Source: Pedosphaera sp. (GTDB lineage Bacteria > Verrucomicrobiota > Verrucomicrobiia > Limisphaerales > SIBH01). From it: 64,000 bases of DNA. The notes under the pieces were generated by a model. That model made no database searches. It was not told the DNA's origin and saw nothing but the letters and a program-made list of their open reading frames with translations. The stretch covers positions 19,917-83,916 of the forward strand of contig JANOQV010000146.1 in NCBI GenBank assembly GCA_031414955.1. The letters run 5' to 3'. Position numbers and translations under genes: made by a program. Position 1 is the stretch's first letter. Every line of letters starts with the position of its first letter. This document shows positions 36,463-45,696 of the stretch, piece after piece.

Positions 36463-37029
36463 CTACCGTTCTTTGCGAATCTCGCGCTGCAACCACGCGC
36501 GGGCGTAAGTCCAGATGCGTTCGGCACTGCGCGGCGCCATGTCCAGCGCGGCGGCGGCTTCCTCCATGGTCATGCCGACGAAGTAGCGCAGCTTGACCAA
36601 CTCGGCCACGGGCTTGTCTTCGAGGGTAAGTTTTTCCAAGGCGTCGTTCACGGCCAGCAATTCGTCCGGCGGCGCGCTGAGGATGAGTGCGTCCTCGTTC
36701 AGTTCCTCGCGCACGAATTCGCCACCCCGTTTCAGGCTCTGCTTGCGCCGCGCGTGCTCGACGAGAATACGCCGCATGGCTTCGGCCGCCGCCGCGAAGA
36801 AGTAGGCTCGGCTCGGCCAGGACTTTTGATCCCCGCCCACCAGGCGCAGCCAGGCCTCATGCACGAGCGCGGTAGGCTGGAGGGTGTGGCCCGAGGATTC
36901 GCCCGCCATCTTGCGGCCCGCGATCTGGCGCAGCTCGCGGTAAAGCAACGGGAGCAGCTCCTCGGCCGCCTGCGTATGGCCGCTCTGAACGGCGTTCAAA
37001 ATCATCGTTACTTCGTGTGACTCGGTCAT
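36463..37029 (-). CDS. ECF RNA polymerase sigma factor (TIGR02999-like)
   Basis: 'LLPLLYRELR', 'HTLQPTALVHEAWLRL', 'AAAEAMRRILVEHAR', 'WTYARAWL'. Confidence 0.92.
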   Translation of the reverse strand: MTESHEVTMILNAVQSGHTQAAEELLPLLYRELRQIAGRKMAGESSGHTLQPTALVHEAWLRLVGGDQKSWPSRAYFFAAAAEAMRRILVEHARRKQSLKRGGEFVREELNEDALILSAPPDELLAVNDALEKLTLEDKPVAELVKLRYFVGMTMEEAAAALDMAPRSAERIWTYARAWLQREIRKER

Positions 37030-37194
37030 GCGGATGATTGAGCGGACGGTGCGGTCTCCTCGTTCATCGGCCTGAGCGAATCATGGACGAGAGCGGCAAG
37101 GCAATGGTTTGTTGGCCGGAACAGGGGACGCCCCGCCGCGCCGGCTCCAGGACGCGAGTCTTTGGCCCAAGCGGGCCCGGCCAGGCGCGGCCGG

Positions 37195-37968
37195 CTATTT
37201 CCCGCGCCAGTCTTGGGGCCAGCGGTGGCGCCGGTAGTCGAGGCAAGACCGGGCCAGCGCGCGAGCCTCCTCGTCCAGCTTCTTCTTGCCCAAGTAAGCG
37301 AGGAGAAAACGCAATCGCTCCGCCCGCGAGGAGAGCTTCACCGCCGCCTTGTCGAGCGAGGCCAGATCGCGCAGGCATGGCCGCTCACGCCCGACTCGGG
37401 CGAAAAATCCGCGCGGGCAATCGATGAGAAAGAGCCGGGGCGCATCCGGCTGGGCGAGGCTCACCAGAACATTTCGCCAGACAAAATCGCTGTGGTAGAA
37501 GCCCGCCTTGTGCAGGCGCCGCGCCAGCTCTGCCAGTTCGCGCGTGAGGCGGTGGCGTTGGGCCTGCGGCGGTTTCGTCTGCATGAATTTGTCCAGTTCC
37601 ACGGCCTGCGGCACGGCGCGGGTGAGAATGAAGGCACGTTGCAACAGCCCCCAAAAATTCCGCTGCTCTCCGCACACGATGCGCTCGGCGGAAGGAATCC
37701 CCAGGCGCTCGAAGACCGCGTAGTTGTCGAATTCGCGCCGCGCTTTGGAGGGTCGGAACCAGAACGTCCAACCGCTCTGCTGGTGATGGTAGAGCTTGAA
37801 AAAAGCATCCACGCTGCCGCCGGGCGCGGGCACCGGCACGCGCTTGACCGTCATCTTGGCCAGTCGCTCATAGTGGGGCAGGCAATGGTTGAAGACGCGC
37901 TCGAAGCTGGTCCAGCCCAGAGCCGCCAAGTCGTTTGCGAACTTCGGGTTAACGAAGAGCCGCGTCAT
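37195..37968 (-). CDS. Lipopolysaccharide kinase family protein (Kdo/WaaP/InaA-like)
   Basis: 'FFKLY', 'ARREF', 'LHKAGFYHSDFVWRNVLV', 'FLIDCP', 'RDLASLD'. ATG at 37968. Confidence 0.85.
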   Translation of the reverse strand: MTRLFVNPKFANDLAALGWTSFERVFNHCLPHYERLAKMTVKRVPVPAPGGSVDAFFKLYHHQQSGWTFWFRPSKARREFDNYAVFERLGIPSAERIVCGEQRNFWGLLQRAFILTRAVPQAVELDKFMQTKPPQAQRHRLTRELAELARRLHKAGFYHSDFVWRNVLVSLAQPDAPRLFLIDCPRGFFARVGRERPCLRDLASLDKAAVKLSSRAERLRFLLAYLGKKKLDEEARALARSCLDYRRHRWPQDWRGK

Positions 37969-38216
37969 GCTTGCTGGGTTGCCGCCATGTTCCGTACACG
38001 GGGCAAGTATTCGGAGTGGAGCGGGTGCGTGCAAAAGCTTTTTCCGGCCCAAGGCGGAAAGTGGGCGTCATGCCCCGGCGGCTGGACCGGGGTGGTCCGG
38101 GTCAGATGCGCCCCACGCGCCTGGGGAATCGAAACAAAGATTGAACGGCCGAGACCACTTTGTAAGCTGGCGCCCTCTCTGGCCCCGGCACCGGAGGCAA
38201 CACAGGAAATACAATT

Positions 38217-38852
38217 ATGGCACTGCGACTTGGCGACGAAGCACCAAACTTTACGGCGGACACCACCGAGGGACGCCTCGACTTTCACCAATGGCTCGGC
38301 TCCGGCTGGGGCGTGCTCTTCTCGCACCCGGCCGATTACACGCCGGTCTGCACCACCGAACTGGGCGCGGTGGCCAAGATCAAGGGCGAGTTTGACCGGC
38401 GGAATTGCAAGGTCATCGCCGTGAGCGTCGATCCCCTCCAAGCTCATCACGGCTGGATTCAGGACATCAACGAGACGCAGCAGACGACGATGAATTTCCC
38501 CATCATCGCCGACCCCACGCGCGAGGTGGCCGCGCTCTATGACATGATTCATCCCAACGCTGACAACACTTTCACCGTCCGCTCAGTCTTCGTCATCGGC
38601 CCGGACAAGAAGGTCAAACTCACCCTCACTTACCCGGCCTCGACGGGACGGAACTTTCTCGAATTGTTGCGCGTGATCGATTCCCTGCAACTGACGGCCA
38701 AGTTCAAGGTGGCCACTCCGGCCAACTGGCAGGAGGGGCAGGACTGCATCATCGTGACGGCGGTAAAGGACGAGGAAATCCCCGCGCACTTTCCCAAGGG
38801 CCATCGCCAGGTGAAGCCCTACTTGCGCTACACTCCCCAGCCGAACAAGTAG
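38217..38852 (+). CDS. 1-Cys peroxiredoxin (Prx6)
   Basis: 'FSHPADYTPVCTTE', 'YPASTGRNF', 'TPANW'. Confidence 0.95.
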   Translation: MALRLGDEAPNFTADTTEGRLDFHQWLGSGWGVLFSHPADYTPVCTTELGAVAKIKGEFDRRNCKVIAVSVDPLQAHHGWIQDINETQQTTMNFPIIADPTREVAALYDMIHPNADNTFTVRSVFVIGPDKKVKLTLTYPASTGRNFLELLRVIDSLQLTAKFKVATPANWQEGQDCIIVTAVKDEEIPAHFPKGHRQVKPYLRYTPQPNK

Positions 38853-39219
38853 CGGGGAGTTTGATCCGGCCACGCTCCGCTCCCCCGGTTGCAAGGGCTG
38901 GGTGCAACACCTGCGTCATCGTGATGGCAGTCCAGTGCTTTGGAGGGAGGGATGACGTTGGTCTGGACCTGCGTGTATCTCTGCGTTGCTCTGGCTCAGG
39001 TGTGCGCGGTGAGTTCGTCGCGAAGCCGGAGGGCCGTCCTTAATTTATCCCGGCTCCTGGCCATCGCGATGATGGCACCAACTCCAAGCCACGCTGCTCG
39101 GTCTTTCAAATTGCACTCGCTGGAGATTGCGTGGAATGCCTTGGAGCGGAGGGTGGCGTTGCTCCTGCGCATCCGCTTGCTCCGCCGTAGTTGAAGGAAC
39201 AGCGCGCCACCCCGCCTCA

Positions 39220-39810
39220 TCACTCCAACCGTCGCAGCACCCGCACCCGCTCCCGGCCTTCGCGTCCCAGGAAGGCCACCTCCGGCACGTAATCCTCCAC
39301 GATGTCGTAGCCATCCGCAAAGAGCGCCGTTAGATCCGCCACGCTGAACGGGAAGGGAGGCCCTTCTTCACCCGGATCGAGATCCGGATTGATGAACCAC
39401 ACTCCGATCAACAGGCCGCCCCGCCGCAGCGTCAGGTCAATGCCGCGCCGGTAGTCCGCCCGCAGCGTCGGGGGCAACGCGCTCATGCAAGTGTGTTCCA
39501 GCACCACATCGTAGGTGCCGCGCATCTCGTCCGGCGGATCAAACAGACTTCCCGTCACGAATCGCTCCGCCAGATGCGGATATCGCGCGCGCGCCTCCGC
39601 AATCCCCGTCGGAGCGATGTCCAACCCGGTTGCGTCCAATCCATGCATCACCGCCAGCGCCACCTCATGTCCGCGGCCGCAGCCGGGCACCAGTGCCCGT
39701 CCACGCACCGTCTGCCGTTCCAGATACTGCTTCATCGGCGGGGCCGGGACTCCTTTATCCCAGAACACTTCGCCTTTTTGGTACATTTCGTCCCAGTTCA
39801 TAAATCCCAT
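39220..39810 (-). CDS. SAM-dependent methyltransferase, TPMT / thiol-halide methyltransferase-like
   Basis: 'WDKG', 'RALVPGCGRGHEV', 'EHTCMSALPP', 'GPPF'. Confidence 0.85.
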   Translation of the reverse strand: MGFMNWDEMYQKGEVFWDKGVPAPPMKQYLERQTVRGRALVPGCGRGHEVALAVMHGLDATGLDIAPTGIAEARARYPHLAERFVTGSLFDPPDEMRGTYDVVLEHTCMSALPPTLRADYRRGIDLTLRRGGLLIGVWFINPDLDPGEEGPPFPFSVADLTALFADGYDIVEDYVPEVAFLGREGRERVRVLRRLE

Positions 39811-40251
39811 TCACTCGTTCCTGGGCACGATGTCAATGGGCGGAGTAGGCAAAATTGTCGCTGGGAATTCTGATTCCCAGCGACGTGATGGCCAGGCTTC
39901 TCCTCCAGGGTGGCGCTTGCTGAATCAGATTGAACGAAGTCTCGGTTGCCCGGAAGCAAACACCAAAGCCTGCCTGCGCCGCGCAGACATCTGCGAGTGC
40001 CGACAAGTGGATGGCAGCGGGGATATTGTCGAGGGCAGCGTGGTTTCGAATATCCACTGGGACGGCTCCGGGGCGGCGACCAAGAGATTACTGATGAGAT
40101 CGTGGAGTTCGAGCTGGCCAGGCCGCCGCCCCTTCGGGACGCGCATTTTTCGGCGGCCGTAAAGAGCATGTAACCTTTGGCCCTTCCGGCCCGAATAACC
40201 GAGAGTCAAACCGCGCCGCCGCACGGGGCCGGCGCGTATCAAGGAACGAAT

Positions 40252-41187
40252 ATGAAAACTTGGCGGAAGCTGACGGGGTGGATGTTGTTGATGGCCGGGA
40301 CGGCTTGGGCCGGGCCGTTGCCGCGCGCGGAGGTTTCGGCCAAGGCGAAGTGGGTGCTGCACCTGGACGCGGAGCAGTTTCGCGAGAGCAAGGTCGGCCA
40401 GCATTACATCGAGAACCTGCTGGTGCAGCAGGTGGACACGGTGCAGTCCCAGATCGGTTTCGACTTCGCGCCCTTCCTCGACTCGCTGACGTCGGCGACG
40501 GTTTACGGCACTGACTTCGCCAAGGGCGAGGAGAACTCGGCGGTCCTGCTGCTGCGGGGCGAGGCTGGCGAGGCGAGGATCATTGAGGAATTTCTCGCGG
40601 CGAACAGCAGCCAGGCGAAGCGGGCCAAGCTGAAACAAATCCAGACCACGCCGTTCCCGCTCTTCCAACTGGAGAAAGCCTTCGCCGCCCTGCTGACCAA
40701 CGGCACGGTGGTGATCGGCCGGACGCAGAAGTTGGTGGAGGACGCCTGGGAAGTCGTCGCGGGCAAGCAACTGAATGTCACGACGACGACGCGTTTCGTG
40801 GAACTGGCGAACACCAATGCTGGTTATGCCTTCGCCGCCGCCGCCGATGGTTTCACCGGCGAAGTGTCCCTGCCAAAGAACTTGAAAATTTTCCGACAGG
40901 TCGAGGGCGTGCAATTGATGATTCGGGAAAGCGCGGCGCATCTCTCCCTCGAAATCGCGCTGAAGACGGGCAGCGCGGAAGTGGCCACGCAGATCAGGAC
41001 GGTGGCGGAGGGCTTGCTTGTCCTGGCCAGCACGGAAAGGGCGGAGGACAAGAATCTTCAGGCGCTGACCAGATCAGCGAAGATTTCCGCCACTGATCAG
41101 ACTGTGACCGCCACATTTGAAGTCTCCAACAAGCGGGCCATCGCACTGATGAAGCGCGGCGGCGCGGCACGGGCCGAAGCCAAATGA
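40252..41187 (+). CDS. Secreted hypothetical protein
   Basis: Signal peptide 'MKTWRKLTGWMLLMAGTAWA' with a purine-rich RBS. ATGA-coupled to the next gene. Confidence 0.75.
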   Translation: MKTWRKLTGWMLLMAGTAWAGPLPRAEVSAKAKWVLHLDAEQFRESKVGQHYIENLLVQQVDTVQSQIGFDFAPFLDSLTSATVYGTDFAKGEENSAVLLLRGEAGEARIIEEFLAANSSQAKRAKLKQIQTTPFPLFQLEKAFAALLTNGTVVIGRTQKLVEDAWEVVAGKQLNVTTTTRFVELANTNAGYAFAAAADGFTGEVSLPKNLKIFRQVEGVQLMIRESAAHLSLEIALKTGSAEVATQIRTVAEGLLVLASTERAEDKNLQALTRSAKISATDQTVTATFEVSNKRAIALMKRGGAARAEAK

Positions 41188-43223
41188 TTGCAAAACACTT
41201 TTTCCCGCCGGCGCTCGCCGGCCTTGTGCTCTCGATCCTGACGGTGGGAGCGGCCACCACCAAGCCTGACGTTGCGACTCCGGTCAAAGAAGCACCGCGC
41301 ATCTTCGCGCCGCATGAACTTGGCATCGGGAGGCTTGTGCCTGACTTGCGCATTCAGCCCACGGCGGGGAAATCGTTCCGCCTCAGCACGCTCAATTCGG
41401 CCAAGGCCACGGTCATCGCCTTCGTCAGCACCAGTTGCCCGGTGAGCAAACGGTTCGCGCCGACGCTGGCGCAGTTGGAGCGGGATTACGCAATGCGCGG
41501 GGTGAAGTTCGTGTTCATCGACCCGCTGGTTTCCGACACGGCAACCGACATCGCCGCCGCCGTTCGCGTGCATGGTTTCAAAAGCCCGTTTATGCGCGAC
41601 GTGGACCGGGAAGTCCGCAATGCGCTCGGAGCGCGCTCCACGACGGAGGTCTTCGTGCTCGATGCGGCGCGCACGCTCGTTTATCGCGGCGCAGTGGATG
41701 ATCAGTACGGCCTCGCCTATTCGCTGGATGCGCCACGTCAGCGTCTCCTGGCTGACGCGCTTGATGCGGTGCTGGCGGGCAAGGCTCCACGAGTGCAGGC
41801 CACGAGCGCGCCGGGTTGCGCGCTGGAGACGACTACGAAGAACATCGCGAGCAGTGCGGTGGATTATCACAGCCGCATCTCGCGCATCGTGCAGCAGAAT
41901 TGCCTGGAGTGTCATCACGCAGGCGGCGTCGCGCCGTTCTCGCTGGAGACATACGACGATGTGGCCAGTCACGCCGGGATGATTCGCAAGGTCGTGGACA
42001 AGGGCGTCATGCCGCCGTGGTTCGCCGCGCCGGCAACGGTGGGGCAGGCCAGTCCGTGGGCCAACGACCGCACCTTGCCGGCCGAGGACAAGCGCGACTT
42101 GCTGGCGTGGGTTGAAGGCGGCAAGAAGCCCGGCCATTCCGCTGATGCTCCCTTGCCGCGCGTGTTTTCCAAGGACTGGCAGATCGGCACGCCTGACGCG
42201 GTGGTTCAGATTCCCAAGCCCATCGTGGTGAAGGCCACGGGCAAAATGCCGTATCAAAATGTGTTCGTGGAAACGTCCTTTGCCGAGGATCGCTGGGTGC
42301 GTGCGATGGAGGTTCGTCCCACGGCCCGCGAGGTGGTGCATCATGTTCTGGTCTTCGTGATTCCGAAGCCGACCAACGAGGTGGCTGGCGTGACCAAGGC
42401 AGCGACGAAGAGGCGCGGTCGTCAGGACGAGGGCGGAAACTTTTTCGCCGTCTATGTGCCGGGCAACAGCGTGATTGATTACCCGCCGGACTTCGCGAAG
42501 TTGCTGCCCGCCGGGGCGACGTTGCATTTCCAGATTCACTACACTCCGAACGGAACGGTGGCGGGCGATCAAACCCGGCTGGGCCTGGTCTTCTCGCCGA
42601 AGCCGCCGCGTCATGAAGTGCGGGTGGCCGGCATCGCCAATCCATTCCTGCGCATTCCGCCCGGTGATGCGAATCATCAAGTGGACGCCGTGCTGCCCGT
42701 GATGTTTGACGCCAAACTGCTTTCGTTCATGCCGCACATGCACGTTCGCGGGAAGGCGTTCCGTTACGAACTGGGGCAGCTCGACGGCTCGAAGAAGCTG
42801 CTCCTTGATGTGCCCCGCTACGACTTCAACTGGCAGTTGCAATACAAGCTGGCCGAGCCGGTCGAGGCGCCCTTCGGCAGCAAGCTGCTCGCGACCGGCT
42901 GGTATGACAACAGCGCAAACAATCCCGCCAATCCCGACCCGCTGCGCGAGGTGAAGTGGGGGCCGCAGACCGAGGACGAGATGATGCTCGGCTACCTGGA
43001 GTATTACGTGCCGAGTCAAAAGCCTGGGGAAAAACTCTCCGTCGGTGAAACGGTCGCGCGGGATGGTTCGTTGATGTTCAACCTCCTTGACCGCAACCAC
43101 GACGGGAAAATAACCCGCGACGAAGCGCCCACCGCCGAGGCCTTCCGTCAGGCCGACGCGAACGCTGACGGCTTCGTGACGCGCGAGGAATTGAAAGTCT
43201 ATTTGCAGCGCAACAAGCGCTGA
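41184..43223 (+). CDS. Secreted multidomain redox protein: redoxin + c-type heme + copper type II monooxygenase-like + EF-hands
   Basis: Redoxin 'SCPVS' and 'YRGAVDDQY'. Heme motif 'CLECH'. Candidate Cu ligands 'VHHVL', 'QIHY', 'PHMH', 'DEMM'. EF-hands 'DRNHDGKITRDE' and 'DANADGFVTREE'. Confidence 0.82.
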   Translation: MIAKHFFPPALAGLVLSILTVGAATTKPDVATPVKEAPRIFAPHELGIGRLVPDLRIQPTAGKSFRLSTLNSAKATVIAFVSTSCPVSKRFAPTLAQLERDYAMRGVKFVFIDPLVSDTATDIAAAVRVHGFKSPFMRDVDREVRNALGARSTTEVFVLDAARTLVYRGAVDDQYGLAYSLDAPRQRLLADALDAVLAGKAPRVQATSAPGCALETTTKNIASSAVDYHSRISRIVQQNCLECHHAGGVAPFSLETYDDVASHAGMIRKVVDKGVMPPWFAAPATVGQASPWANDRTLPAEDKRDLLAWVEGGKKPGHSADAPLPRVFSKDWQIGTPDAVVQIPKPIVVKATGKMPYQNVFVETSFAEDRWVRAMEVRPTAREVVHHVLVFVIPKPTNEVAGVTKAATKRRGRQDEGGNFFAVYVPGNSVIDYPPDFAKLLPAGATLHFQIHYTPNGTVAGDQTRLGLVFSPKPPRHEVRVAGIANPFLRIPPGDANHQVDAVLPVMFDAKLLSFMPHMHVRGKAFRYELGQLDGSKKLLLDVPRYDFNWQLQYKLAEPVEAPFGSKLLATGWYDNSANNPANPDPLREVKWGPQTEDEMMLGYLEYYVPSQKPGEKLSVGETVARDGSLMFNLLDRNHDGKITRDEAPTAEAFRQADANADGFVTREELKVYLQRNKR

Positions 43224-43290
43224 TGGTGGAGTGCGAAAACGCGCATGGTGACAGTGGGGGCAGAAATTCTGTCTGAATTGGACATGATTT

Positions 43291-43375
43291 CTTTCGCCCC
43301 GCTGGGGCTGGCGGACCTCCCTCCGCCGACCAATGGCTCACGCCGTGGGCCGCTCTCTACTGCCGCGCTGCGGCT
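43291..43375. repeat. Partial copy (right half) of the palindromic element at 59496-59693
   Basis: ctttcgccccgctggggctgg ... ggctcacgccgtgggc resembles 59603-59666. Confidence 0.65.
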
Positions 43376-43392
43376 GAATTTGAAGACGGATC

Positions 43393-43602
43393 TTAAAGCT
43401 CATCCTCGCGTTCGGCGTAGAAGAGCTGGTGGGCGTGGTCGTAGCCGGCTTCGGGCACAAACACTTCTGCGATGCGGTTCAGGTCGTCCTCATCGGTCGA
43501 TTCGCCCGCCACGAGTTGCTGCGTCGCGTGGATGCCATGCTTCTCCAGCATCATCACGAGCATCTCGGTGTTGATGACCGGGCCAGTGTAGAAGAGTTTC
43601 AT
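43393..43602 (-). CDS. Small hypothetical protein (DUF2007-like)
   Basis: 69 aa 'MKLFYTGPVINTEMLVMMLEKHGI...VFVPEAGYDHAHQL', with typical codon usage. Confidence 0.65.
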   Translation of the reverse strand: MKLFYTGPVINTEMLVMMLEKHGIHATQQLVAGESTDEDDLNRIAEVFVPEAGYDHAHQLFYAEREDEL

Positions 43603-43788
43603 TTCAATCGTGACGCCGGACGATGGCGGCAAGCATCAGCTTCATGCTGACGAGCGGAGCATTCCTGGCCTGCATTGGCAAAACGAATCGAGATCCGTGG
43701 CTGTCGGCGAGGGGCGGTGACGGGGTGGAATTCCAGGCCGGCCGAGAATTTGATTGTGCCGCGCCACGTCTCCGCTAGTGATCTGCGC

Positions 43789-44259
43789 ATGACTCCAGAG
43801 TTGCGTCTCACCGAATTGAAAATCGAGCTGCCGCCGGCGCCCAAGCCGGTCGCGGTTTACAAATCGTTCGTCCAGGTCGGGAACATTGCCTACGTGTCCG
43901 GGCACGGCCCGCTTAAGCCCGATCTGACGCTCATGACCGGTCGAGTCGGCAGTGAGGTGGACGGCGCTTTCGGCAAAGCCGCTGCGCGCCAGACTGGGCT
44001 GGCCATTCTGGCCACGCTTCGTGCCCACCTCGGTTCACTCGACCGGGTGCAGCGCGTGGTGAAAGTGCTGGGCATGGTCAACTCCACGCCGGAGTTCCTC
44101 GAGCATCCCGCCGTGATCAACGGGTGCAGCGAACTGTTTCGCGATGTCTTCGGCGCGGAGCGTGGCGTCGGCGCGCGGAGCGCGGTGGGCATGGGATCGT
44201 TGCCGGGGAACATCTCGGTGGAGATTGAAGCCATCTTTGAAATTCAATCCGCACCCTGA
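43789..44259 (+). CDS. RidA/YjgF family protein
   Basis: 'YVSGHGP', 'VVKVLGMVNS', 'VINGCSEL', 'GARSAVG..SLP.NISVEIE'. Confidence 0.92.
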   Translation: MTPELRLTELKIELPPAPKPVAVYKSFVQVGNIAYVSGHGPLKPDLTLMTGRVGSEVDGAFGKAAARQTGLAILATLRAHLGSLDRVQRVVKVLGMVNSTPEFLEHPAVINGCSELFRDVFGAERGVGARSAVGMGSLPGNISVEIEAIFEIQSAP

Positions 44260-45393
44260 ATGGCCGAAGAACCCGCGCGACTCATGGACGACGGTTGGCC
44301 TGAAGTAATCAACGTGGACGAGGTTGCCTCGCCGGCTCTGCTTATCCACGTCGGGCACGTCGAGGAGAACGTGCGGCGCATGATCGAAATGGCCGGCGAT
44401 GTCGGACGGTTGAGACCGCACCTCAAGACGCACAAAATGGCGGAGATGATCCGGCTGCAACTGGCGCGCGGCATCAGCAAGTTCAAGTGTGCCACGTTGG
44501 CCGAAGCAGAAATGGCCGCCGCCGCCGGGGCAGGGGACATCCTGCTCGCCTACCAGCCCGTCGGGCCGAATGTGGATCGGTTTCTGGACTTGTCGGCGCA
44601 CTTTGCCAGCGTGCGTTTCAGTTGCGTGGCCGATAACGCGGGTTCCATCGGCGACCTTTCGGATGCGGCTGCGCGGGCTTCGGCGCGGATCGAGGTCATG
44701 CTTGACCTCGACCTTGGCCAGCACCGGACCGGCCTCGCCCCAGATCAACATGCTCTGGACCTTTACCATCTCATCGCCTCCTTGCCCGCGCTGACCCCGG
44801 GCGGTTTGCACGCTTACGATGGACATATTCATCATTCCGACGTGACCGAGCGCGCGGCGGCCTGCGAGTCGGCGTACGCGCCGGTGGAAGCCTTGCGTCG
44901 CAAAATCGAACGCGCTGGACTGGCCATGCCGCGCATCGTGGCGGGCGGGACGCCGACCTTCCCGATGCACGCGCGGCGCGAGGGCGTGGAGTGCAGTCCG
45001 GGCACTTGTGTATTTTGGGATGCAGGCTACGCGCACAATTTGCCCGACCTGGATTTCTTGACTGCGGCCGTGCTGTTGACGCGCGTAGTGAGCCAGCCCG
45101 CCTCCAACCGGCTCTGCCTTGATCTGGGGCACAAAGCGGTGGCGGCTGAGATGCCGCATCCGCGGGTGATTTTTCCTGATTTGCCGGAGGCCAAGCCGGT
45201 GATGCACAGCGAGGAACATCTCGTTCTCGAGACGCCGCGAGCGGCGCAATACCCGGTCGGCTCTTGCCTGTACGGCATTCCCTGGCATGTCTGTCCCACG
45301 GTGGCGCTGCATGATGAAGTGGTGGTGGTGCGGAGCGGCCGGGCCGAGGAACGATGGAAGGTGGCCGCGCGCGGGCGGACCGTTTTAATCTAG
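44260..45393 (+). CDS. D-TA family PLP-dependent enzyme (D-threonine aldolase / D-serine dehydratase-like)
   Basis: 'RPHLKTHK', 'KCATLAEAE', 'HAYDGH', 'GGTPTF', 'SEEHL', 'HVCPTV'. Confidence 0.9.
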   Translation: MAEEPARLMDDGWPEVINVDEVASPALLIHVGHVEENVRRMIEMAGDVGRLRPHLKTHKMAEMIRLQLARGISKFKCATLAEAEMAAAAGAGDILLAYQPVGPNVDRFLDLSAHFASVRFSCVADNAGSIGDLSDAAARASARIEVMLDLDLGQHRTGLAPDQHALDLYHLIASLPALTPGGLHAYDGHIHHSDVTERAAACESAYAPVEALRRKIERAGLAMPRIVAGGTPTFPMHARREGVECSPGTCVFWDAGYAHNLPDLDFLTAAVLLTRVVSQPASNRLCLDLGHKAVAAEMPHPRVIFPDLPEAKPVMHSEEHLVLETPRAAQYPVGSCLYGIPWHVCPTVALHDEVVVVRSGRAEERWKVAARGRTVLI

Positions 45394-45566
45394 TTACCCG
45401 ACCTCCACGGTAAGAAACGTGTGCCCCGGCTCGAGGTCTGGGCCGGGTTCTGGCGTTCCTCGAAGGTCAAACCGCAGTCCACCGGAAACTGCGGTGCCGG
45501 ATAGGTGCTCCGTCCCGGGCTGAATCCACTTCCAGGACACCAGTCCTGGTTCGCCTCTGCCGGCGC

Positions 45567-45588
45567 AGTGTCCAAAGTTCGAGACACT
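45567..45588. promoter_or_regulatory. Possible enhancer (UAS) dyad upstream of the pil promoter
   Basis: agtgtc-caaagttcga-gacact dyad plus nearby GGACA half-sites, about 80-100 nt upstream of the sigma54 motif. Confidence 0.35.
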
Positions 45589-45667
45589 TTTCCAAGGACA
45601 GGACAGTCGTGGACGAAGGCGGGACAGTTTGGGTCAAGGTTGCGTCGCTGTTTGTTGGAACCCTCTT

Positions 45668-45683
45668 TGGCACCGGGGCTGCT
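45668..45683 (+). promoter_or_regulatory. Putative sigma54 promoter of the pilM operon
   Basis: TGGCACCGGGGCTGCT, i.e. TGGCAC-N5-cTGC with GG-N10-GC spacing, just upstream of ATG 45697. Confidence 0.6.
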
Positions 45684-45696
45684 AAGTCAGAGTTGC

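Noticed and set aside
39220..39810. Halide/thiol methyltransferase-like gene as part of the enediyne pathway
   Set aside because: It lies 24 kb from the cassette among unrelated genes, with no linkage evidence.
38861..40173. Short ORFs flanking the methyltransferase
   Set aside because: No recognisable motifs, and overlapping alternatives of similar weakness. I cannot support a call.
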